A DNA stretch of 64,000 nt, taken from Geosiphon pyriformis uo1. Its lineage: Eukaryota; Fungi; Glomeromycota. The notes under the pieces were generated by a model. That model saw nothing but the letters and a program-made list of their open reading frames with translations, made no database searches and was not told the origin of the DNA. Each line of letters begins with the position of its first letter. Position 1 is the stretch's first letter. A program made the translations under genes and the position numbers. Positions 39,801 through 52,858 of the stretch are shown in pieces. The stretch is from assembly GCA_016748015.1 (NCBI GenBank), contig JAAOMT010000494.1, forward strand, positions 1-64,000, written 5' to 3'.

Positions 39801-40921
39801 CCATAAAGAACATTGAACATATTGTATGCCAACAAAATCCTATCAAAAAGTATCTTAGAGAGAATCTTATGAGCAGTCTCGATCAAAGCTATTGATCTAG
39901 TATTGGTCAAAATGCTTTTCCACTTATAAGGCTTAGAAATTATAGACACCCAAGCTTCCTTCCAGAGTTGAAGTACAGATTCACAAACCAAACAGAAATT
40001 TAAGAGATCTAACAGCATACCAAGCATAAAACTATTGCAATGTTTCCAAAATTCATTCATAATACTAAACAAACCAGCTGCTTTGCCATTTGGCAGATTC
40101 TTGATCACACGCACCAAATTTTCATAGCTAATAGTGTCCATTACTCCAGAAAAAGCATTATTGTCAACATAATTCAATGGCAGTTATTGGCATTGCCACA
40201 AATCAGGAATGTTATATGACACCATCCTCTTTTTTGTCCAACCTTCCATAATCTTGTCAACATTATTTTTAACATCAACTGGATCCACAATTAAACTACT
40301 ATTAGAAACCAGGTGGTTCAAAACCACTTTCTGAAAAAGATGTTCTAAAATACTATGAATCATGTGGTCTTTGTCAACTGTAAAATTATCCATCTATTTT
40401 TCAATAGCAGATCTGATGTCTAATCTTTCAGCATATAAAGACTTAGCCAGCTTGGATGCATAATAAAACTTTCTCACATTATAGAAAACAAAATGTATAT
40501 AATTAGAATCTGTACCAAAGCTAATAAGAACCTGAATGATAGATGTTTTGTTGGTATCCAAAAAGTCCCAACATTTTAAAAGGAAAAGAAATCTGTCAGA
40601 CACCACTTCATGAGAAGTTTTAGCAAAACCAAAACTTCTAGTTTGTGAAACCTAGATGATTCTTTGGTAAATACTTCATTATAGCCCTTAAACCATTTTT
40701 TTTTGAGAACATTATTAGCCAAAAAAAACACCACCTTATAAACAGTGTCTCACATGGCATCCAAATCTGAATATTTCTTAGATGTAAAAAACTCATCAGA
40801 GAACATAGCAGCATTGACCACCATAGTATTATTAAACTCACTTCATGTCATCTTATTAGCACTCTTAATGTCAAACTTCTAGCAATCTTTGTTTGTCTGT
40901 TTATGAAAAGAGTTTAACTGC
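36831..40921 (-). mobile_element. LINE 3' two-thirds (RT, RNase H, 3' UTR, poly-A), cut at 40921 by an LTR insertion
   Basis: LPNGKAAG, TRSIALIETAHKI, GAFVDNTIW, KYLGIYL, RNase H YIDRSL. Poly-T at 36831-36845. The 3' UTR is homologous to 33844-33960. Confidence 0.92.
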
Positions 40922-41464
40922 TGTTACTCATAAAAAAGAAAACAGATATAGGAAATAGTAAACCAATAAGAAAGTAGTAGTTAGCATGTAAGCATATTGC
41001 TCAGCAATGTGGAGCAATGTTAGAAATCACAGCACATGACTCAGCAATATAGAGCAATGTCAAAAATTATGACATATTGCTCAACAATATGAGCATTACT
41101 TGGGAAATTATAGCACATCACTTGAGAATGTGAGCAATTTTGTAGAACCCAAATTATGTATATATAGTAGTAGCATTAGAAGAAAAAAAGAGGGACCTCT
41201 TAGTTTAGATTTTATCTAAGCAACCTTTCAATTCACAAATATCAATAAATAATTATTCACTATCTTAATCTACTCTCCACTATCAACATGAAGTGTTAAT
41301 AGTAATTGATACTTAACCATGCTGGAACAATAGCTTTTGATCATGGCTATTGACAGGATACTAACTTGCAATTGCTTTTGTTTATTTCTTTATCTTCTTT
41401 ATTTTCTTTTATTTCTTTTTGTTATTTCTTTGGGGATTTACTAAATTGATTAAGGATTAAGCAC

Positions 41465-42455
41465 TGTTACCAGAGGTTTTTGGTCTCTTTTTTTAAATGT
41501 TGTCGATGCTTGTTTGCTGTGAATTCACGTTTTCTGGATGTGATTGAACCTCCAATAACTGAATTTATTCTCAAATTATCTCCTATAATTTGAGCTGCTA
41601 GGCTTATGAATGGAATGGCCAATTCCGTGCCAATTACTTTATGTAGTTACATTGTAGTAAACATCAACTCTTTCCCAGGAATTGCTTGTCTGGAAGCTCA
41701 CTAAAATGTATAGTTACTTTGCTGTAAAAGTCAATTCTTCTACAGAAATCTCGTCTGTAGGCTACTCTAATAATTATGATGATAAAAGAAAATAAAATAA
41801 AAGAAAAGGAAAGAAAAAGAAGAAATAAGAAATTGATTTGTTAAAGTTGTTTTGAATTCAGGCCTGAAAGTGTTTTAACAGTCTACTGAAATTGGTAGCT
41901 AATCAATTTCAAACTGTTAGTTGTGTTTTTGAGAATTTTCCAAATGCAATAATTTAAAGAATTTGGTTTTTCAAATTATCTGATATTTATTTTTTTTTGT
42001 GTATGTAGGAATGGTTCTAAGTAATAAATCTAAAGTAAGATACATTTTCTCGAAGAAAGAAGCTCTTCTTTTATACAATTTGTCGTAACACTATTCTATG
42101 AACTTGAACTTTGTTATTTTCTACAATTTTGCTGAACTAAAGATACATTTCGGCAAACTACAAGTTATTTCTACGAACTATTAGATATTTTGGTGAACTA
42201 TCAATTATTTCGGCAAATTTCTATAAATTTTGGTGAACTTTTGAATGTTACATAGTTCGAGGTATTGTATGATTAATCATCGCACTTAGGTTACATTTGT
42301 GTTGTGTACAATTTGGGTTATTAATTAAATGATAATTTTGGACATTTTTGCTAATGTAATAAGTGATAATTTGAAATGATAATATATGCTAATTACTGAT
42401 AGAAATTATAAGATAGTTTTATGCTAAATGATATCTCTAATTTCGTCTGGTAATA
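41465..42455 (-). mobile_element. solo LTR (family 2) nested in the 5' LTR of copy B
   Basis: Termini TGTTACCAG...CTGGTAATA. GCAC is duplicated at 41461-41464 and 42456-42459, and the host LTR rejoins seamlessly when the insert is removed. TATAAAAG and U3-like repeats lie on the minus strand. Confidence 0.88.
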
Positions 42456-44189
42456 GCACTGAAATACAGATGTTATAGGGACTGGTAAAAGACCCATAAA
42501 ACAAAGATAAAACACTTATAGATTTGAGGATAGCTTATCAGGAGGATTACCAGCCACCACACTGAGAAAAAAATTTGACGAAACTGTGGTTTTGAGAAGC
42601 TACAGATAAAACCATCAATTAAATCTCTGTTCATTATATAAAAGACTCCACAACAAAACCTTCAGATATCAACCCCAGAATACCAACCAAGCACCAAGTT
42701 ACAGATTTGTTATTTGATTTGAGATCTCAAATAATCATCTATAACATTTAGTGCTCCCTGTGAGGTATAATTCTACAGAGAACCAGCACCAATAGCAATC
42801 ATTCAAAAATGGCAAAATCTAAAAACATAGGAGCAAACCATTTAGAATTTGCCAAATCTTTGTTCTAACAGTACAGCCAACAATTAGGACTAAACAATAA
42901 CCACTTTCTAGCAGAATCTGCTTTTAACTTCTATGTTAACAATAAAATCACAGACTGTTTAGGAGAAACAGTTAACATTGAATCTGCAAAGGAAAATTTC
43001 TATACAGAATTATTTCAACATACCAGCTTATCAAGAAACTACAGTTTTGCACCAATCATCAAGAAAATCAATCAAATCATTGAAAAATATACACAACAAC
43101 AATTCCTTGTCACTTATACAGACAAAGGCAAAGGAAGACTGCAAATACCAGCAGTAACACCAAAACAAATACAACCACCTACTTGGAAGAAAACCAGAGT
43201 TGAATCACCAACAAATTCATCATACCACTATATATCCAGTAGTACTATCAACATTTTATCAACAGGTGCATTCACATTACACATGACATTAATATTTGGA
43301 TGACTACCATTTCAAAGTAAACAAAAAAAAGCAGAATTACTAGGAACCTATGGCAATTATTTTGAAGGATTTAAATTGTGATTGCCAACACCATCAGAAT
43401 TTTGATTATTGCCACTTTAACCAAATTTTGGAAACGTGAGTCTCTGAGAGATAACAGAATCAGAAGAAGAAGAAGAAGAAGAAGAAGAAGAATCTGAAGA
43501 TCAAGAATTTACTTACCTGAAACTCCAGAAATTGAAACTCTGAAATTTCAAATGCAGCACAATTAGGACGATCAAAACCCCAAAACAATTAATCAGTAAA
43601 ACTTACCTTTAGTAATTATCATCAATCAACCACCAATTGAACCAATTATTGAACCAATTCAACAGCAGCCACTTCAACTGCCCTAACAATCACAACAGCC
43701 ACTTCTACTACTGCAACAACAACTTTAACAACCACCACAACAACAAATCATAGCACCAATGGCATATGCTCCTATTGCCAAACTTGAAAAATTTACTGGC
43801 AAAGAGGATGACATCCAAGTGTGACTAAATGATATGGAAAAAGCCATTGCAGACAATGGACAGAATGACACCAGAGCCATGCAGACCATTCCCTATTTTC
43901 TTTAGGATATTGCCAATTCATGGTATCAAAGCTTGGCTAATAAACTCCAGGATTTCAATACATTTAAGCTTGTATTCTTACAATACTTCAGCAATAATAA
44001 TAGTATTAATTGGTTAGCAAACACTTTTACCACTATCAAACAAGGAGAAAATGAAGCAGTCACTACTTACTTAAGATGCTTTCATAGAAATCTGTGCCAA
44101 ATTTAAGCAATTCAGAATAACTATTTTACAGTGCCACAAATCTTAAACCAATTTATTAGAGGTCTATACAGTAGTATCCTCTAATACAT

Positions 44190-45043
44190 TATTACTCATA
44201 GAAATATAGGGAATATATATTAGCATAGTTATTAACCAATCAGAAGTAGATGTAGTAAAATGTGGAATTCTAGGATTCCTCTCAGGAATTACAGGATTCT
44301 CACAAGGAATCGCAGAATTCCAGAATTCCAGGATTCCTCTTAAAGAAATTGCAGGATTCCAGGAATTCCAGGATTCCTGTTGTGAAAAATTGAGGAATTG
44401 AGGAATCTCAATTATGTATATATAGCAGTAGGATTAGAAGTTAAAAAGACAGACCTCTCAGTTTAGATTTCATGTAAACAACTTTCCAAACCACAAATAA
44501 ATAACTGTTTGTTATCTTAAACTCACTGCCCCTATCAATATAAAGTGTTGATAGTAATTGATACTTAACCACACTGGAACAATAGCTCTTGATTATGGCT
44601 ATTGATGGAATACTAACTTGCAAATTGTCTTGGCTTATTTCTTTTCTTTCTTTATTTTCTTTTCTTTTCTTTATTTTTTGCTTTGATTTTATTGTTGTTT
44701 ATTAATTCTATTGAGAATTAACATGTGGGGTACTGACATCAAGATAAATGTAACTGGTAAAAAACCCAGAAATAAAGATAGAACACTTGATTAAAGATAG
44801 TTTACCAGAAAGAATACCAGTTATCAAGCTGAGAAAGAAATTGACGAAACTGCAGTTTCGGAAAGCTATGGATAAAACTATTACCATTAAATCTCTGTCC
44901 ATTATACAAAGAACTCAACCAAATCCTTCAGATACAAACCTTTCAGACACAAATTTTCAGATCACTATCAACTGCAACTAGATTTGAGCACCAAGTTATG
45001 GGTTTGTTATTTAATCCAACATCAGAAGTAGTTACCTGTAACA
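44190..45043 (+). repeat. 5' LTR of copy C
   Basis: TATTACTCATAG...CCTGTAACA; aligns end to end with 53532-54402. Confidence 0.95.
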
Positions 45044-45103
45044 TTTGGTGCTTCCTGTGAGATATAATCCTACAAAGAACCAGCACCAACACAAATCTAA
45101 AAA

Positions 45104-48100
45104 GTGGCAGAATCAGAAAACATAGGAGCAAACCATCTAGGATTTGTGAAATCTTTATTTCAACACTATTGTTAACATTTGGGATTAAATCACAACCACA
45201 TATCAGTAGAATCAGCTTTCAATTTCTATGTCAATAAAAAAATTGCCTATCTGTTAAGAACACCAGTAAATATCAAATCAGCAAGAGAAGCCTTTTACAG
45301 TGAATTAATTCAAAATACCAACCTGCCAACAAATCACAATTTTGCCTCTATCATCACAGAAATCAACAAAGAAATTGAACACTACATACAACAAAAATAC
45401 CCCATTACTTACACGAGCAAAGGCAAAAGAAAACTGTAAACACCAGCAATAACACCCAAAAAAATACAACCACCTACTTGGAAGAATACAAGAGTTGAGT
45501 TCCCAACTAATCCATCATACCACTATACACCCAAAAGCACCATTAATATTATATCTACCAGCACGGCCACATCAAACACAACATTAGCATTTGGATGATT
45601 TCTATTTCAAAGTAAACAAAGGAAAGCAGAATTATTAGGACCATATAGTGTGTATTTTGAAGGATTTAACTTGTGATCATCAATGTCATCAGAACTCCAA
45701 TTGCCACTGCCTTCCCCAAATTTCGGAATTTCTGATCTATGGGAAGTAACAAAATCAGAAAAAGAGGAAGAAAAAGAAGCTAAAGATCAAGAATTCACTT
45801 ACCAAAACCCGATCACTAAAAACCCAGAATTTAAAACCCTAAATCTTCAAACCCAGCAAAATCTAAACCCAGAAAATCCAGAAATCAAAACTCTGAATAT
45901 TCAGACACCGCCAACTCAGGATAATTGAAATCTTGATTTAATAAATTAACAAAACTTACCTTCAGTAATCATTATCAATTAACCACCAATTAATCCAATA
46001 GCTGAACCCCTACAACTACTACTTTAACTACCACCCTAACAACCTGTGCAACAACAACCACTTCAACTACCACCACAACAATCCAACTTAGATCCAATGA
46101 CCTATGCACCAATCGCAAAACTTGACAATTTTACCAGTAAAGAGGATGACACCCAAATATGGCTCAACAATGTTGAAAAAGCCATAGTGGCCAATGGATA
46201 GAATGATGGTAGAGCCCTTCAAGTGATTTCCTATTTTCTCAAAAATACTGTCAACTCGTGGTATCAGAGCCTAGCCACCAAACTACAAACCTTTAATGAG
46301 TTTAAAACAGAATTCTTGAGATATTTTAGTAATAACAATAATATCAATCACTTGACCAACACATTTACTACCATCAAACAAAGGGACACAGAAGCAGTCA
46401 CCACTTACTTGGGATGCTTCCATAGAAATCTACACCAAATTCAGGCAATCCAAGCTAATTACTTTACAGCACCACAGATCTTGAACCAGTTCATCAGAGA
46501 ATTGCACAGTAGCATCCTTCAGCGAGTATGTTCAATACATCCAGTTGACCTCTCAACTGCCATTACCCACACCAGAGATTTTGATGCAGCCGAGCTAGAA
46601 GCCAACCACGCCTAAGCTATAAATTTAGTGATAAATAGATCATCTGAATTGGATTCCAAACTAAAACAATTCAGTGATACAATTAATCAGAAACTAGAGA
46701 GATACTTAGTTGACAATTGTGCAATCTATCAACCACCACAATAATAGAATAATTCAGGAAACACAAATTGTTTCCAAAATCAGCCACGTTTATCAACATC
46801 ATTATCATCATCATTACCCAATCAGCCATGGCAGCCAGAAATGCATGTTTGTCACAACTGTAGTAAACAAGGTCACATTAGAGCTGACTGTCAATTTTAT
46901 AGCAACAATTCACAATTGGGAAATTAATATCAAAACCCTAATTGCAGATTTCAGACTCAGAATCACTACCCAAATCAAAACCAATATCAAACCACTTACC
47001 TGCCAATGATGCAGTAACCAATCTATTAACCACCAGTATATCAACCTCCAATTTATCAACTGCAGCCACCAGTAATTTATTAGCCACAGCCCCAAATAAT
47101 TTATTAGCTCCAACAACCAATTCAAACACCACTCCAAAACCCCATTCAAATGACATCAGGAAACCCAAGACCTAGAATCACTCAAAACTGGAGATCAGCG
47201 ATAGTTGTTTATCAACTAATCCCCAGCTCTTCTTACCAACCATCAGGCTTTCGACAGTAGAATCTGGGTACTGGTTCCACCCAAAACCCAAATTCTCAGA
47301 ACTATTTAAGTCTTCTGGTTACCTCAGAAGATGCCACCACCAACAACTCAAAATCCAACCCACTCCAAACAACACTCACCAACAATATTCCATCAGCAAT
47401 GGTTACCAAAAACAAATCTCTTGCAGCCATCTTTCTTTTTGAATTGGAGGAAACCATCAACCCACCTTTGTTCAGTGCAGCAACACTCAAGGAGAAACCC
47501 ATTACCACAATGTACACTGATGCAAAAGTTGATAGTCACTCCATCAAACTGATTCTAGATAGTGGATCAGCTGGCAGCATTATCACAAGACAACTCATGG
47601 ATCAATTAGGTCACCGAGTTGATTGTGCTGCCAGTGCCAGGATTATTATAGCTAATAAAGTGACCAAAACACCCATTGGAGAGATTGATAATTTCCCCAT
47701 AGAAGTCAATGGCATCATAGTACTAATCAAAGTACTTGTCATGGAAGCCACTCAATACCAAGCACTTGTTGGGAATGATTGGCTGTCCAAAACTAACGCA
47801 ACACTAGATTGAAACACCCAAGAGCTCTAATTTAGCCAGAACAGTCAACACACATGGGTACCAGCCACATGTGACCACTTCAAGCCCATCATCATGCCAT
47901 CAACACCACTTATCAAATTCAAGGAAGAAAAAGCGAAACCCACCTGGGAAGCATACCAAGTCTCGTGGGCCAACATCAACCACAATGAACTGCCACCAAT
48001 ATTTGCCTGGGACAACAACAACAACAAAAAGGAGAAACAAAGAGAAGAACCTACTTGGAAAGCCATCATTGATGCTTGGATTGACAACAACTAAAGTGAA

Positions 48101-51100
48101 ATGCCACCAATTCTAGATTGGGAAAAAAAGAACAAGAAAAAAAGGAAAGAAAAGGAAGAAAACATATCTGAAGAAACCACTATTGCAGAAGAAATAACTA
48201 GTGGCTGGAAAAAAGAATACTCACATGAACCAATAAAAAAACTGCCATATATACCTCTCAAATGCAAGGACTGTGGGAAGAAACTGTCCTCAATAGGAGC
48301 TTGGGTAGTGCCAGACAAAGACTACTGGACATGAATCCATTATTATTGCAAGCCCTGCTATAGAGAACAATATGGCTATCCAAAAAGACAAGGCAAGTGG
48401 GACAACAAACCATGTCTCACTTGTAGCAAACAATTACTTGATGAAGGAACGTGGAACAACATTTCTGGTCAAGGAGAAATGTGTAATGCTTTGTGCCAAT
48501 ACACAATTCTTATCAGTGACTGGGTGAGTTGTGGTATGCCCATCACAGCAGCATGGCACAGAGCTATATCCTGCCTAGATGGCTATTTACATGATGAGAA
48601 TGAGATCTGGTAAATGGCCAATGCCAAAGTAGAAAGTGCTTCATCCAGTAAAATTCTGGAGATCAAAAATAACTCTTCAGAACCAACAGACATTGTTTTG
48701 GTTCTCAACTTGAACGCCTTTATCGACTTAGAAAACAAATCAAAAGAATTCCATGAACACTATTAGAATCTAGCACCCACAAGAGAAGAGCAAAAGCAAC
48801 GCTTAGAAAAAATCAACACCTGATTATGTGATCACTGTTTGATTCTATGTGATTTCCAATTCTGTGATGATTGTGACCTCATCTACAATCCACTACCACA
48901 CATGATCTACACAATTCTTAAAGAAGAAAAACCAATCAACAACTGTGCATTAGAATTGGAATCGAGTTCCAACCCCAATTCAAACTCCAACAATGACAAT
49001 AACAAAAATAACGGTTCCAGTTCCATTCAAAATGGCTATAACAATGACAATGATTCCAACTCAAATTCAAACTCCAATTCAAACTACGAACAATATATTA
49101 TACTCCCTGACCTCACCAAGAAGCAAGAACTAAAATGGTTCAGTAATAATGATGAAGGTATCATGCCAGAATGTGCACATAATACTGATGCAGGATTTAA
49201 TCTGAGATATTCAGGAAAAAACGCCATCAAATTGGAACCCCATTCGTGTACTTGTATTGATCTGAAAATAGCACTAAAAATTCTAGCAACAACAATGGTT
49301 CAATTAGCATTTAGGAGTAGTTTAGTGAAAAAAGGAATAAACATTAAAGGAGGAATAATTGATGCAGGATATATAAGAAATATCATTGCTATGCTACAAA
49401 ATGACTCAAAAAAAGCCTATGTTATAGAGCCAAATGAAAGAATAGAACAGGCAATATTCCTGTCTCTGGTAAAAATAGCTCAGTTAGTTTCAGTGAAAAA
49501 TAGGAAAGAATTAGGGATAATAGCAAGAGGGATACAGGGATTTGAATCAACGGGTAGAATAGATATACCAGTTAATATGGTAGAGGAAAAAATTATTGGC
49601 CAAGGAAAAATTATCTCAACTAGTTAAACAATTTCCATTCCACTATATAGCTGATACATGTTAGCAATAGAAAGGAGAGAGAAGGAGCAAGAACAAATTT
49701 TTGAAGCAGAAGCAACCCTTTGTGAATCAGGAGAAATTGGACTTATCAATCTACACATACCAGCCAAGAGCCATAACCATATCAAAATTCCCATCTACAA
49801 TAACACCAGAAATGTTGTAGAGATACCAGAAGGAACCAATCTCAGATATTTAACCATGGAAATTGAAGATCAAGCACCAAGCAGCATTCCAGATTTTCCA
49901 CAGCTTTGTGAATATATGGACATTATATCACAAACCATCTACAAATGAAACAAATGTTATCTGTTACAGCCAGAACAATTGGAACAGATGAACATGAAAA
50001 ATCTAGACCCACTTCAACAGATGCAACTAAAGATGTTACTCAATAATTTCAATGACATCTTCACTAGTGAAAACAAATTTGGCAGAACTAATATTATTTA
50101 GCATCAGATCAAGACTAGAAATGCAATGCCAATTAAACAGTAAGCATATAGGGAGCCACCAGCCAGCCATGAAATCATCTGTCAAGAGATCAACTGAATG
50201 CTTGACAACAGATTAATTCAGCTATCAATAAGCCCATAGTCGTCATTAGTAGTACTCATCTGTAAAAAGAATGGAAAAATCCGATTTTGTGTAGACTACA
50301 GAAAACTCAAAAGTGTAATTTGTGAAGACAGCTATCCAACTCCATGAATACAAAAACTATTCGACACTTTTGGTGGAAACAAATAGTTTTCAACATTAGA
50401 CTTGGATAGTGGTTACTGACAAGTAGCCATGGATCCAGCCGACAAAAAAAAAATGGCATTCACCACAAGAGAGGGAAACTTTAAGTTTGAAGTTATGCCA
50501 TTTGGCTTAACCAATGCTTCAGCTACATTCCAATAGTTAATGGAAATTATGTATACCAGCTTATTGTGGAAATCAGTAGTTGTATACTTGGATGATACCA
50601 ATGTGTTCTCAAAAACATTCAATGATCATTTACATTATCTCTAACAAGTGTTTAAAAGATTACAATGAGCAGGATTAAAATTGAATACAACAAAGTGTTT
50701 TTTTGGCAAAACAGAACTAAAATTTTTGGGACACATAATTAGCAAAGACAACATAAAAACAAATTCAGAAAAAATAGAAATAGTAAAGAACTTTCTAATA
50801 CCAACCAATGTAACTGAGCTGAAATCATTCTTGAGATTTATGAGCTATTATAAACACTTCAAAAAGAACTTTTCAAAGATAGCACAACCACTCAATGATC
50901 TTCAAACCAAAAATGCAAAGTATAAATGGACTGAAACCCAGCAAGAAGCATTTGATATCTTAAGAAAAAAGCTTATTCAAGCTCCAGTATTGATCTATTC
51001 AGATCATAGTAAACCATTCATTATTACCACTGATGCATCAGGTCAAGCATTGAAAGCAGTACTATTTCAGAGAAGATTGGATGGAAGAGAAAATCCAGTC

Positions 51101-51388
51101 ACATATGCCAGCTGAGGTTTAACACCAGCTGAAAAGAAGTATGAAACACCAGAATTAGAACATTTAGCAATCTATTGGGCAGTTATGAAATGGAAAGAAT
51201 ACTTGAGCCAAAAGTTTGAGATGTACACAGATCACAAAAGATTGACATCACTCCAAAAACAAGAATTTGGAGACAGAAGACAGTCAAGATGAAAAATGGC
51301 TCTTTTGACATATACTTATACTATACATTATAAAAAGAGAAAAGACAACAAAAATGCCGACAGTTTGTTATGAATGAGACAAATCTAA
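45104..51388 (+). pseudogene. single-frame gag-PR-Cys domain-dUTPase-RT-RNase H polyprotein of copy C, interrupted by nonsense codons
   Basis: All ORF pieces (45179, 45683, 46223, 47399, 47894, 48101, 48839, 49658, 50681) share one frame. CHNCSKQGHIRADC knuckle at 46850, LILDSGS, DAGFNL...GIIDAGY, YLDD at 50585, TDAS. Confidence 0.92.
49160..49570 (+). pseudogene. retroelement-encoded dUTPase (copy C)
   Basis: All five motifs are present: DAGFNL, RSSL, GGIIDAGYIRNI, ERIEQAIF, ARGIQGFESTG. Confidence 0.9.
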
Positions 51389-51451
51389 GAATATTTCAAC
51401 CCAAAAAAATATAACAAAACCAAAACAATACTCATGAAAATATAACAAAAG

Positions 51452-52834
51452 ATAAACACACAAAAATATCAACAACTTCAATATTATATAGATACTCAAC
51501 AGTTCAAAGAGAAATTATCTCAACCAGAACAAAAAAGAATCAAACAACAATCCAAATATTTTATCACTCACCAAAATATACTTTATCAGAAAAATAGAAA
51601 AGATTTAGATCAACCAACCAGAGTAATTACAAAACCAGAAAAGGAAACAATACTGTTTAACATGCACTCAAATCCAACTGCAGAATATTTTTATAAAGAA
51701 GCAACTATAGAAAGAACCAAAAAGAGATACTATTGGCCATCAATATATCCAGACATCATCCAATATGTGCAAAATTGTAATGCTTGTCAAAGAAGAGAAG
51801 GAACAAAACCCAGCAAACCATTGAGACCAATCAAAGTGGGACAACCATTTGACCGTATTGGAATTGATTTAGTCAGACTATTAACAATTACCAGCAAAGG
51901 CAACAGATATATTGCAATAGCCATGGACTATCTTACTAAATGGCCAGAAGCCAAAGCAATTCAAAGAGCAGATGCAAAATTTGTTGTCGAATTCATCTAT
52001 CAAGATCTGATTTGTTAACATAGATGTTTAAAAGAACTATTATCAGACCAAGAAACCTATTTTGTGAATAGAACATTAGCAAAACTAAGCCAAAGATTCG
52101 GAATTAAGAGACCACTATTATCACTATACCATCCACAAACCAATGGATTAGTTAAAAGATTTAATAGAACATTGTGTGAAACAATAGTAAAACTCAGTCA
52201 AGAAAACTAGGACAAATGGTATTTGTTCATACCATCAGTATTATTTGCTTATCAGACAATGAAGCAAGACACCACACAAACAACACCATTTAAATTGATA
52301 TACAGTAGAACAGCAACATTACCAGTTGAGATAGAGATTAACACATATCCAACTGAACTAATAACAGAAAAAATTTTTCAAAAAACATTGTTAAAAAAAA
52401 CATATGACTTAATGGAAACATTGGAAAACAAACGAAAAAGAACAGCTGATAACATACAAAAGTCACAAGAAAAACAGAAAAAAAAACATGATAATCAACT
52501 ACCAGACAAACTAGTTGAATTCAAGATTGGAAACAAAGTACTCTTATATTGTACTAAAGTGGAAAAACAATAGAGTGGAAAATTTGACCCCAAATAAGAT
52601 GAACCATTTCATATAGAAGAAATTCTAGGGAATGGAGCTTACAAATTAAGACTGGATAACAAAATCTTAACCAAAGCAGCACATGGAGATTGACTAAAAC
52701 CATACTACAACATTACATCACCATCCACCAGTAATATTCCACAATTAGAAGTACAGAAGATACTAGTCCAACCAGAGAAGATTCCACAAGATCTAGAACC
52801 AATCATCATTATTGACAACAACACATTAAATTAA
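51452..52834 (+). pseudogene. Gypsy integrase of copy C
   Basis: Decayed HHCC (HSNPTAEYF...YYWP...CNACQ), GIDLV, SDQ, YHPQTNGLV, GPF-like module. No chromodomain seen. Confidence 0.92.
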
Positions 52835-52858
52835 TTCATTAAAAGAATATATAAAGAC

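Noticed and set aside
43463-43492. (GAA)n microsatellite
   Set aside because: It is a poly-Glu stretch in gag, shorter in the other copies; ordinary slippage.
46710-48116. Overlapping alternative-frame and antisense ORFs in gag/protease (e.g. 46942-47175, 47871-48116), suggesting frameshifting or dual coding
   Set aside because: The true frame (IYQPQP repeats) is continuous once CAA/CAG>stop changes are reverted. The other frames stay open because of codon composition.
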